From UHGV virus genome UHGV-0010228: 64,000 nucleotides of DNA. One strand, written 5' to 3'. The first letter of the stretch is position 1. Each line of letters opens with the position of its first letter. The position numbers were made by a program, and so were the translations under genes. Below, one piece after another: positions 1 to 8,439 of the stretch. The notes beneath the pieces were generated by a model. It was given only the letters and a program-made list of their open reading frames with translations. It did no database searches and was not told where the DNA came from. This DNA comes from a virus.

Positions 1-726
1 TTCATGGGAATCTGTATCATATTGTAAAATTATAAATCCTTTAGGCTCTTCTTCTCCAAAAACCCATCTATCAAAAGATCCTGTATATAACAATGGGTTT
101 TCAAAATACATTGTATGCCAATGTCCAGCGATCATTGGACCTTTGATTAATGAACTAAAAGTACCATAACTAAATATAACATTCCTATTATGTGATTCAT
201 TTGAATGCTGAACCACAATATCTGGCAATACAATATCAAAACTACCATGAAAGAACCCTATATCTGGAATGCTCATTATATTCTTCATATACTTCTTCAT
301 ATATTCGTCAGTTGCAATTAATTCATCTGGACAATACATACATTTCATATTAGGCAGAGTTTCTTCTATTGTATTTTCAGTAAATATTTTATAATAACTA
401 TCGTCATCTTCATATACTCTAAAAGCTTCTAATTGGTTATTGTCGTGCTCATGGGTTCCTTTAACAACTCTAATTTTCTTTATATTATTTTCTTTACAGC
501 AATTTACCAATTCATCCATCCATTGCAAAGCAAATAGTGCTGATTTAGAATTTAGAGTTAATTTATAATCAAAATAATCTCCACAGATAACAACCATATC
601 GAGATTATTCTTCATCTCTCTAATAGTATCTAATACTATACTTAGATTTGAGTAGAGAGTTTTAGCTTCAACTGCTCCCCAGTGTATATCTGAAATTACT
701 AACATATTATATTTCATAATATTCAT
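1..726 (-). CDS. SbcD/Mre11-family metallophosphoesterase nuclease, N-terminal portion (gene continues past window start)
   Basis: Minus-strand translation from ATG at 717 or 726 (AGGAG upstream) reads MKYNMLVISDIHWG...GDYFD...GTHEHD...GHWH. These are the calcineurin-like phosphoesterase motifs I-IV of Mre11/SbcD. There is no stop before position 1. Confidence 0.6.
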   Translation of the reverse strand, partial: MNIMKYNMLVISDIHWGAVEAKTLYSNLSIVLDTIREMKNNLDMVVICGDYFDYKLTLNSKSALFALQWMDELVNCCKENNIKKIRVVKGTHEHDNNQLEAFRVYEDDDSYYKIFTENTIEETLPNMKCMYCPDELIATDEYMKKYMKNIMSIPDIGFFHGSFDIVLPDIVVQHSNESHNRNVIFSYGTFSSLIKGPMIAGHWHTMYFENPLLYTGSFDRWVFGEEEPKGFIILQYDTDSHE

Positions 727-814
727 ATCTCCTTTATCAAATAAATAATATATCAATTTCTGATTTTTATGAATAATATCAGAAAAATGATATATTATAT
801 CGATGAATACATAT

Positions 815-822
815 GTATAATT
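815..822 (+). promoter_or_regulatory. Extended -10-like TGTATAAT box upstream of gene 845
   Basis: tgtataat sits 22 nt upstream of the GGAGG RBS and TTG start. A host sigma-A-type -10 is possible. No clear -35. Confidence 0.25.
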
Positions 823-844
823 TAATGTTTGGAGGTTAGTTAAA

Positions 845-1510
845 TTGCATTTATACGAAAAAGACGGGAAAAAATATCCATCAGTAACAACAATTGTACA
901 TTCTTTAGGAAGTGATGATATTGTCAAATGGTCAAATTTCTTAGGATTTAAGCATATTAAAGTACAAACTGAATTAGATAGAACTGCATCATTCGGAACA
1001 TTAGTTCATTCACATTTACAACATATCGTTGATCCTTCGTGTACTGATGAATTGATAGAACCAAAAAATTCTATTGAAAAATATGATCTTGATAAAGTTA
1101 TTAAAATATTTAATGATTATTTCAAAAATTTTAAATATGAAACTTTATTTACTGAAAGATTTATATTATCTGAAGAATTAGGATATGCAGGTACAATGGA
1201 TTGGGTTGCTAATGTAAATGGTAAAATAATGCTAAATGATTTTAAAACTGCCAAAGCCCCATATGTATCAATGATGTTTCAATTAGGTGGCTATTATAAT
1301 TTATTACAATCAATAGGTCAAGATGTCGATCTAGCATCTATTATAACAATAAATACATCTGGATGTAGAATGCACCCAATACATAAAGAAGATTTAATAT
1401 TTTATGCTAATGTATTTAATAGTCTTGCTAAATTTTATATATCAACGGAATTATACAATAATCCTAAACCTAAAATAGATTATGATATAATATCATCATT
1501 GCAGGAGTAA
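845..1510 (+). CDS. PD-(D/E)XK-like nuclease (RecB/Cas4/YqaJ-type fold suspected)
   Basis: 221-aa ORF with TTG start and GGAGG RBS. Motifs GTMDW...LNDFKTAK (D...D/E-x-K) and QLGGYY resemble PD-(D/E)XK recombination exonucleases. It lies adjacent to the Mre11-like gene. Confidence 0.45.
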   Translation: MHLYEKDGKKYPSVTTIVHSLGSDDIVKWSNFLGFKHIKVQTELDRTASFGTLVHSHLQHIVDPSCTDELIEPKNSIEKYDLDKVIKIFNDYFKNFKYETLFTERFILSEELGYAGTMDWVANVNGKIMLNDFKTAKAPYVSMMFQLGGYYNLLQSIGQDVDLASIITINTSGCRMHPIHKEDLIFYANVFNSLAKFYISTELYNNPKPKIDYDIISSLQE

Positions 1511-1515
1511 TTCAT

Positions 1516-1887
1516 ATGAACATAATAAATTATTTAACACAAAAACGTGATAAAAAAATTCAACGTGAAGTTGAATTGGAAAAACAAATGATTGATGAAT
1601 ATATATACTTAAGAAAGAATAAATTGCCAATGCCTAGGAGTAAACTAGGAATGCGAACAGATATAGTTGCTAAATACTTTAAATTATTACCATATACATC
1701 AGCATATACTTCAAATTCATTATCTCATGATGATATTTATATGGAATATTATACTGTAGAGAATGAAGCTAGAGTTGGCAGTAAAATGGGTAATCCTAAT
1801 ATAGCAATTCTAAATGATATATTAGACAAAGATAGAGTATTTCAACGGGTATATGATAAGATCGTTTATAAGAAAATTCATTTATAA
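1516..1887 (+). CDS. hypothetical protein (123 aa)
   Basis: ORF translationally coupled to the previous gene. AGGAG lies just upstream. Confidence 0.6.
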   Translation: MNIINYLTQKRDKKIQREVELEKQMIDEYIYLRKNKLPMPRSKLGMRTDIVAKYFKLLPYTSAYTSNSLSHDDIYMEYYTVENEARVGSKMGNPNIAILNDILDKDRVFQRVYDKIVYKKIHL

Positions 1888-1957
1888 AAAGAATAGTTCT
1901 GAAACTATTCTTTTTTTAACAATTATGTAAATTCTAGAGAAAGCGAGGGATATATTT

Positions 1958-2959
1958 ATGAGGCACTATACAAATAGTGATATTTTTCAATATATTAATC
2001 GTGGTAATAACTTCCAATCGGATGTTGCTAATACGGTAAGAGCTATAAATCCTTCAATCATTATAAATGATATGATTAAATCTTCAATTGCTGATTTAAC
2101 CAAGACAAGTAAAGAGGGCGTATTAGTTAAGGTTATAGATGCTATTAATAAACACGACTTATTATTAATTAATCCTCCTATAGAAGTAAGATTACCAGAA
2201 TATGCACCATTTATAAAGGCTAAATTTAAAGGTAAAGTATGTGTAATAATTGATGTTAGTAGATACACTTCACCTATATTAAATTCAAAAGATGAATTAG
2301 CTGGTTATAAAGTTGATATTAATAAGCTTTATAACTTAATTATTCCTGCATATATTGCTTTAAAATTCTATGTACCGAACTCATTATTACCAGCCGAAAC
2401 AGCTAAAGGATTAGCTAAGGTATGGGCAAGAATGTTTTGTAATGTATTGATGAGTAATGCTATTGGCATATTACAGAATCATAGTGAAAGATTAGAAGCA
2501 TTTATGTATTTTGCATTTAAATTCTTCTTAATATATTACTTAGAGGAACCTGCTAATCTGGTTGATAAGTTGGCAGAATCTACACTTGAAAATGGAAAAT
2601 CTCAGTATATATTAATAATAGAGGATAAATGCAAATCTCTTGGTATTAATATGTATGAGGATTTTGGTACTTTATGCCGAACTTTATTTAATAACGATAT
2701 TACAAATATTAAAGGTGCCATAGCTAAAGTTAACGATATGAACCAATCAGAACTTATAAATGCGTATATTCGTCAGTATGGTACTAATGCAATTATGTCA
2801 TTATGTGCAGTAGAATATTTTACTTGGACTATATTTGCAGCATATAATAAATGCAACATAATGAAAGACCGTGGTCTTGAAAATGTATTATATGGCAGGC
2901 GTGGAGAATATAAACGAGAAGTTCCAAAATTATTCGATTCGATATATAAAGAATTATAA
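1958..2959 (+). CDS. hypothetical protein (333 aa)
   Basis: Long ORF with GAGGGA RBS, followed by a terminator. Confidence 0.65.
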   Translation: MRHYTNSDIFQYINRGNNFQSDVANTVRAINPSIIINDMIKSSIADLTKTSKEGVLVKVIDAINKHDLLLINPPIEVRLPEYAPFIKAKFKGKVCVIIDVSRYTSPILNSKDELAGYKVDINKLYNLIIPAYIALKFYVPNSLLPAETAKGLAKVWARMFCNVLMSNAIGILQNHSERLEAFMYFAFKFFLIYYLEEPANLVDKLAESTLENGKSQYILIIEDKCKSLGINMYEDFGTLCRTLFNNDITNIKGAIAKVNDMNQSELINAYIRQYGTNAIMSLCAVEYFTWTIFAAYNKCNIMKDRGLENVLYGRRGEYKREVPKLFDSIYKEL

Positions 2960-3006
2960 AAAAAAAAAAAAAATAAAACCCGGAGACAATGTCTCCGGGT
3001 TTTTAC
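2958..3006. terminator. Bidirectional rho-independent terminator
   Basis: A21 run, then cccggagac-aat-gtctccggg hairpin, then TTTTT. Confidence 0.75.
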
Positions 3007-3007
3007 T

Positions 3008-3400
3008 CTACTTAACCTCTAAACATATATCGAGTCCTTTGAACTCGATTTTGTTCGAAGCTATTTTTGGATCTTCGGATGATGAGGATCCAATTGCCCA
3101 ATTAGTGATCTCACCTCTATGCCACAGAGGTGAAAATATGTCTGCAGGAGCGGATGCTCCTACTTCCCAATATTCCAGAATAGTTAAGATTCTGGAATAT
3201 AGAAGTTTTTCAACAGCCGTTGCACGGCTGTTGTCGTTTGATGGTTCTGAATTCGCCATCAGATTTTTAAAGAGGAGATATGCTCCTCTTTTATCTTCTA
3301 CAATCAAATTTAACTGGGCAGATAAATCTGTCCAGTTATTGAAGGCGTTCATAGTCTCCAGAATATCGAATAATTCTGTAAATGGTTTAAAATTTCTCAT
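3008..3400 (-). CDS. 130-aa ORF of uncertain reality (overlaps the hairpin array; may be non-coding)
   Basis: Has GGAGG RBS, the conserved promoter motif upstream and a terminator downstream, so the locus is transcribed. However the same interval also carries a 189-aa ORF on the + strand, and nine strong hairpins lie inside it. Confidence 0.35.
   Translation of the reverse strand: MRNFKPFTELFDILETMNAFNNWTDLSAQLNLIVEDKRGAYLLFKNLMANSEPSNDNSRATAVEKLLYSRILTILEYWEVGASAPADIFSPLWHRGEITNWAIGSSSSEDPKIASNKIEFKGLDICLEVK
3029..3378. other. Array of nine consecutive stem-loops (candidate structured ncRNA)
   Basis: Hairpin coordinates (stem/stem): 3029-3035/3043-3049; ggatc 3069-3073/gatcc 3087-3091; tcacctct 3111-3118/agaggtga 3126-3133; aggagc 3146-3151/gctcct 3156-3161; ttccagaat 3173-3181/attctggaa 3189-3197; caacagccg 3211-3219/cggctgttg 3225-3233; aaagaggag 3269-3277/ctcctcttt 3283-3291; aactgggcagat 3312-3323/atctgtccagtt 3326-3337 (one G-U); cagaat 3359-3364/attctg 3373-3378. 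The region is GC-elevated. Confidence 0.55.
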
Positions 3401-3432
3401 AGTAATATTCCTCCTATATTATTTATACTATG

Positions 3433-3449
3433 TACTATAATTTCACTTT
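3433..3449 (-). promoter_or_regulatory. Conserved promoter-like motif (minus-strand ATATATTATTAAAGTGA) for the 3008..3400 locus
   Basis: One of at least 11 copies of the same 17-mer. A TATAAATA-like box and GGAGG follow it. Confidence 0.5.
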
Positions 3450-3466
3450 AATAATATATCAATGAA

Positions 3467-3502
3467 AAATAAAGATATTACGGTATATTCTATATATAGA
3501 AT
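3467..3502 (-). terminator. Terminator hairpin attacggtatattctata|tatagaatataccgtaat (repeat copy 1)
   Basis: 36-nt perfect palindrome downstream of gene 3532..4008. An identical copy lies at about 48056..48091. Confidence 0.6.
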
Positions 3503-3531
3503 ATACCGTAATTAATATAATGAAATTATAG

Positions 3532-4008
3532 TTAATTATTAGTTATAATTTCATATATCATGTCATCATGATAAGTCCCATACTTATCTCTCACAGCATC
3601 TTTGAGGACATGTTTGTTCCCGCCATATTTAGTCATGATTCTATCATAACCTTTACATGCTGGATTTCCACCAATCGCTCTCCATTCGATTCTATGGAAA
3701 CGATTAATGAGTTCATCTATCTTGCGATAGACATCACGTCCAACAATTATATTTCCTCTATCAAAAGAAATATACCCGAATCGAGATACATTTGATGAAT
3801 AATAATCAACAAAGTACTCTAAATACCCAATCAATTCTTTGGCTGAATTGATTATTGCAAATTGATAGTTGCCTTTATTTGGTTCATCATTTATTATTAT
3901 AGGTGAATTATATAATCCTCCCATATAATAAAAGAACTCATCAGTATAAAAATACTCTAGGCTTCTTTTATATATTTCCTCTTTATACAATATCGCTGGT
4001 ACTAACAT
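3532..4008 (-). CDS. hypothetical protein (158 aa)
   Basis: ORF with GGAGG RBS, the promoter motif upstream and a terminator downstream. Confidence 0.6.
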   Translation of the reverse strand: MLVPAILYKEEIYKRSLEYFYTDEFFYYMGGLYNSPIIINDEPNKGNYQFAIINSAKELIGYLEYFVDYYSSNVSRFGYISFDRGNIIVGRDVYRKIDELINRFHRIEWRAIGGNPACKGYDRIMTKYGGNKHVLKDAVRDKYGTYHDDMIYEIITNN

Positions 4009-4051
4009 AGTATTATTATTCCTCCTTATTATGTAAACTAGATGTATTTAT

Positions 4052-4068
4052 TCATTTTAATAATATAT
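4052..4068 (-). promoter_or_regulatory. Conserved promoter-like motif copy (AATATATTATTAAAATGA, followed by ATAAATACAT)
   Basis: Same motif with the same spacing to GGAGG and ATG as the other copies. Confidence 0.5.
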
Positions 4069-4081
4069 TAATAAAAAAAAA

Positions 4082-4110
4082 GATATTACGGATAATTTCT
4101 CCGTAATATC
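4082..4110 (-). terminator. Terminator hairpin gatattacgga...tccgtaatatc
   Basis: Downstream of gene 4121..4849. Shares the ATTACGG stem base with the 3467 and 48056 hairpins. Confidence 0.55.
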
Positions 4111-4120
4111 TTTAATTTAT

Positions 4121-4849
4121 TTACTCCATTTTCCCAGCGAAAACTAAAATGTCTAATACTTCATTATTATAAACATACCCAGCACACCTACAGCAATAAC
4201 GTGAATTATTTAATAATAAATGAATTGGATTGATTTTACCAGAACATTTAAATATATCTGAGATATGAAGTGTTCCACTCATAACACATAAATAACTCTT
4301 TGCCGTCTTAATTAACGAATAGGCATATCTTTTCGTTCGTTTTCCATCGAGGCTATTGAAGCCCCTGCACCTTGTTAAATCTATAGATATAACTGATATT
4401 AATGTTTTTACCATCTTAGCATATACCAATTTGAATTTTGCATCAATAATCGGTGAACGACGACCAATATCTTGATATTCATATTTAAGTGTTGCATAGT
4501 GATAAGTAAATGTCCAATGATAAATCATATATTCAGGTGTCGTAGCCGGAATTTGTATGCTTCGAAATTTGTTTGTCATTTTACGACACTTTCTTGGTTC
4601 ATCGAGTTTTGATTCGAACTCGTTTAAATCGTGTAATATATCTGCAAGTTTAATTGGAATCACACCACCAGCATCATTCATAGCTTTATCAAACTTTTCT
4701 TCTAAAGTTGGTATAACCTTAAGAAATGCCGTTTCCAAATTGTATTTTGGAGAGTCATCAGTCGTCTTATCTTCCTCTTTTTCATCATTAACTAACTGCG
4801 TTTCATCCTTTAACTGTAAATCACCCTTTAAAATATCTTCTTCTCTCAT
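4121..4849 (-). CDS. hypothetical protein (242 aa)
   Basis: ORF with GGAGG RBS. Confidence 0.65.
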   Translation of the reverse strand: MREEDILKGDLQLKDETQLVNDEKEEDKTTDDSPKYNLETAFLKVIPTLEEKFDKAMNDAGGVIPIKLADILHDLNEFESKLDEPRKCRKMTNKFRSIQIPATTPEYMIYHWTFTYHYATLKYEYQDIGRRSPIIDAKFKLVYAKMVKTLISVISIDLTRCRGFNSLDGKRTKRYAYSLIKTAKSYLCVMSGTLHISDIFKCSGKINPIHLLLNNSRYCCRCAGYVYNNEVLDILVFAGKME

Positions 4850-4891
4850 AATAATTTATCCTCCTTATTATGTAAATTAAATGTATTTATT

Positions 4892-4908
4892 CACCATAAT
4901 AATATATT
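4892..4908 (-). promoter_or_regulatory. Conserved promoter-like motif copy
   Basis: Minus strand reads ATATATTATTATGGTGAATAAATACAT...GGAGG. Confidence 0.5.
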
Positions 4909-4920
4909 TTTATAAAAAAA

Positions 4921-4952
4921 TTTAGAATATCGCAATATTGCGATATTCTAAA
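4921..4952 (-). terminator. Terminator: perfect palindrome tttagaatatcgcaatattgcgatattctaaa
   Basis: Follows gene 4971..5357 on the minus strand and is followed by a T-run on that strand. This ends the nrdD operon. Confidence 0.6.
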
Positions 4953-4970
4953 TTTCTATAACTTGATTTT

Positions 4971-5357
4971 TTATCGTCTTTCTGATAAATAATTAACTAT
5001 TGAATCATAAAATTGATCAACATCAATTATCTCAGATTTATAATTATCAATCCGCCTTACGAAACCAAATATTATAGTTGCTTCTTTGCGGAACCTTTTA
5101 AAATATATCGATGGATTGGTTGCATATGGATTTATCACATTATTCATCCCTATACGTATGTATTTTCTGCATCTCTCAATACAATCATATATTCTAGTTG
5201 CAATAGCTGTAATAGGGATATTTAATGGTGTTCTATTACATTCTAAATGTATAGCAATTTTAAATCTCTCTTTAAGAATGTTTTCATAAAGATTACTAAG
5301 TTTAATATTAATATCAAATTTAGTCATTCCATTATTAACCATCCATTTTCTATACAT
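4971..5357 (-). CDS. hypothetical protein (128 aa)
   Basis: ORF with GAGGAGG RBS. Confidence 0.6.
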   Translation of the reverse strand: MYRKWMVNNGMTKFDINIKLSNLYENILKERFKIAIHLECNRTPLNIPITAIATRIYDCIERCRKYIRIGMNNVINPYATNPSIYFKRFRKEATIIFGFVRRIDNYKSEIIDVDQFYDSIVNYLSERR

Positions 5358-5372
5358 AATAATTCCTCCTCT

Positions 5373-5741
5373 TTATAACCCTTTTATTCTATTATATCTA
5401 CGCATAAGATTACTTATATCAATAATTAATTCCTCACGTATATGATATATCATATTAGTTTGAAATGAATCTAATAATTTATCATATTTTTCCATTGAAA
5501 GGCTTTTTTCATATACCTTAACTATGTATTCATGTACTGAAAAAAGTCTTTGGGTAACTTCGAGTGAATCATGACATTTTTCTCTAGGCTCATCTTCCCA
5601 ATATAATTCAAGATCAACTAAGAATTCTTCAAGATCTTTATCATATAATCTAAGGGCTTTCTTATAGATTTTATTCAATGCACTAAATACAAAATATACA
5701 TCTGATAATGATTTTATATTCTCAATTTTAAAAATGTTCAT
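5373..5741 (-). CDS. hypothetical protein (122 aa)
   Basis: ORF with GAAAAGGAAA RBS, located immediately after nrdD exon 2. Confidence 0.6.
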   Translation of the reverse strand: MNIFKIENIKSLSDVYFVFSALNKIYKKALRLYDKDLEEFLVDLELYWEDEPREKCHDSLEVTQRLFSVHEYIVKVYEKSLSMEKYDKLLDSFQTNMIYHIREELIIDISNLMRRYNRIKGL

Positions 5742-5772
5742 ATTATTTCCTTTTCTAAATAAAGTGATAAAT

Positions 5773-5840
5773 TTAAAGATGTAGAACTCGAGAATTTATT
5801 TCTTTGGTCTTACCCTCATTCCAGAAATTGCTTCCAAGAT
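5773..5840 (-). CDS. nrdD: Anaerobic ribonucleoside-triphosphate reductase NrdD, exon 2 (C-terminal 22 aa)
   Basis: Minus strand reads at|ctt gga agc aat ttc tgg aat gag ggt aag ... cat ctt taa. Joined to exon 1 it gives ...RRTCG-Y-LGSNFWNEGKTKEINSRVLHL*. A G (omega-G) precedes exon 2. Confidence 0.8.
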
Positions 5841-6156
5841 CTTTTATACCCTCGGTTTCCCGATATTTTAGTAGGGGAATAGACTATACAATACTATTTC
5901 TGATTATTTTTATGACAAAATCGACCTTTAGAATCTCGTGCCTTAAAACACAGAAATAGTTCTCTATTATAGTCGTTGAACGTCCATCCTATATTTCTAT
6001 AGATGTTTCGCTGCGTTTGATTACCCAATCCTTAATGATTTTACCATACCGATTCCGTTACTAATCGCCACTATCTATATCACTATGATAGCTTGGTTAT
6101 TAAGGCTCTAAGGGACTCCCCGCAGTTTAAGAGATTTAACGTGGACTATCTCGTTA
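5841..6156 (-). ncRNA. Group I self-splicing intron in nrdD (316 nt, no ORF)
   Basis: Internal guide GUCCAC (complement of + 6141-6146) pairs with exon end GUGGAU, with a terminal U-G. P-like element AACUGCGGGGAG, R element GUUCAACGACUA and S-like element UAUAGUCUA are present. The segment is GC-elevated and ORF-free. Confidence 0.8.
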
Positions 6157-8248
6157 ATCCACACGTGCGGCGTACCACTGTAAGTTTAGTATGATCACGA
6201 CATCCGCAATTAGGGCATTCCCAGTCTCCATCTTTTATGACTATCTCACCATCAAATCCGCAATTACCACAGTAATCGGATTTGGTGTTAAATTCTCCAT
6301 ATAATATATGATCGTATATGAACTTAATTAAAGCTTCTACTGCAGATAAATTATTTTTCATATTAGGTATTTCTACATATGAAATACAACCACCTGTACT
6401 TATATTCTGATATGGAGCTTCAAATTCAAATTTACTAAATGCATCTATTTCTTCTCTAACATCAATATGATAAGAATTTGTATAATACCCTTTATCGGTG
6501 ATATCTTTTATATCACCGAACTTTTCTTTATCTATTTTTGCAAATCTATAGCATAAAGATTCAGATGGTGTACCATATAATGCATATCCTAAATTCTCTT
6601 CTTTATTCCATTCTACAACTTTATCTTTCATATACTGTAAAACTTTAAGGGTAAATTCTTTTCCTTCTTTACTAGTATGTGATTTACCTAACATTGCTAT
6701 TGATAATTCATATACACCGATATAACCCAGAGATAATGTTGAATATCCACCAACTAATAAATCATCAATAGTATCTTCTGCATTCAACCTAGCTAATGCA
6801 CCATACATCCAATGTATAGGTGATGACTTAGCTTTAGTACCTCTGAGTGCTTTATATCTCAAATATAATGCTCTATGGCATAATTCAAGTCGTTCATCAA
6901 ATAACTTCCAGAATTTATCCATATCACCATTAGCAATTATACCTATCTGTGGTAAGTTAATACTTACTACACCCTTATTAAATCTACCTTCAAATTTATA
7001 ATTTCCATTTTCATCTTTCCATGGTGATAGTGCAGATCTACATCCCATAGGTGAGAACACATTTCCTTCATAATTCTGTCTCATTATCTTAGCACTGATA
7101 TAGTCCGGATACATTCTCTTAGCTGTACATTTAGCCGCTAAGTGTGTGAGATAATCATATTTACCACCTGTAAGATTATTATGCTCATCAAGCACATAGA
7201 TAAGCTTAGGAAATGCTGGTGTTATATATACACCATATTCATTCTTAATACCCTGATACCGCTGATTAAGAATAGCTTCAATTATCTGTGCAACTTCTTC
7301 AATATATGGATCATCTGGTTTAAGATTTAAGAAAATTGTAATAAATGGTGATTGACCATTTGTAGTCATTAATGAATTTAACTGATAATCAATAACCTGG
7401 ACTCCAGCTTTTAATTCTTTATCAACCATATCATCAACTATAGACTTTATAGTTTCTTCATCAATTTTACCATGTGATGATTCTCGAATTTGCTTATCAA
7501 ATTTCTCTCTTGATTTTCTAAGATACTTTCCCAAGTGTCTAATATCTACAGACTGACCACCATATTGTGAAGATGCAACTGCAGCAATTATCTGAGTCAT
7601 AATGGTACACGCAACTCTAAATGATTTAGGACTTTCAATCATCTTACCATTCATTACAGTACCATTATCAAGCATATCTCCTATATTTATGAGACAGCAG
7701 TTGATTATTGGTTGTAGAAAATAATCTGCATCATGGAAATGAATGATACCATCTTCATGAGCTTTTACAATATCTTTAGGTAATAAAAGTCTCTTAGTTA
7801 AATCTTTAGAAACTTCACCTGCTATTAAATCTCTCTGAGTAGAGGCTAAATATGCATCTTTATTTGAGTTTTCTTCCATAACATATTTATTATTATATCT
7901 AACTAATGATAATATCGACTCATCTGTTGTATTCTGCTCACGAACTAAATTTCTAGAATATCTATACGTAATATATTCTTTAGCAACAGGATATTCTTCA
8001 TTTACTTCATATCTAAGAATATTATTGATTACCTGCTCTTGAATATATTCAACATCAGCAATAAATTCAGGATCATCTGCAAGATAGGAATCAATATTAG
8101 CTTCTACATTAGAAGCTATTCTCTGAATTAATTTTTCGCTAAATCTAGCATTTTCAGGAACCTGTAAATTTGCTTTACCAATAGCGCTTGCTATCTTTTC
8201 TTTGTTGAAATCAACAATCTGACCATTTCTTTTACGAACTTTAATCAT
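6157..8248 (-). CDS. nrdD: Anaerobic ribonucleoside-triphosphate reductase NrdD, exon 1
   Basis: About 697 codons with a C-terminal Zn ribbon (CGNCG...CPNCGC). The sequence ...VVRRTCG runs into the intron. The annotated ORF's 'LTR*' tail is intron read-through. GGAAGGAGAA RBS. Confidence 0.85.
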
Positions 8249-8283
8249 TTTATTCTCCTTCCAAAAATGTTAAAATATCTTTA

Positions 8284-8300
8284 TCATTTTTATAATATAT
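8284..8300 (-). promoter_or_regulatory. Promoter-like motif variant upstream of nrdD (ATATATTATAAAAATGA)
   Basis: Same motif family, 35 nt upstream of the nrdD RBS. Confidence 0.4.
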
Positions 8301-8439
8301 AAGTTATAAAAAGGTTAATAATTAATACAAAAACAAGTTTTAGATACTTGTCGGTTAATAAATTTATTACAAATACTATTTATATACATATTCAACAACA
8401 CCGTAATTGCTTGATAATACTCGGAAAGGAAGTGATTTA

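Noticed and set aside
2871-3440. 189-aa + strand ORF
   Set aside because: It starts inside the previous gene, runs through the bidirectional terminator and the hairpin array, and has no RBS. It is an artefact of the GC-elevated island.
6146-6156. C-terminal 'LTR*' of the annotated nrdD ORF
   Set aside because: These codons are intron sequence. The real C-terminus is supplied by exon 2 at 5773..5840.
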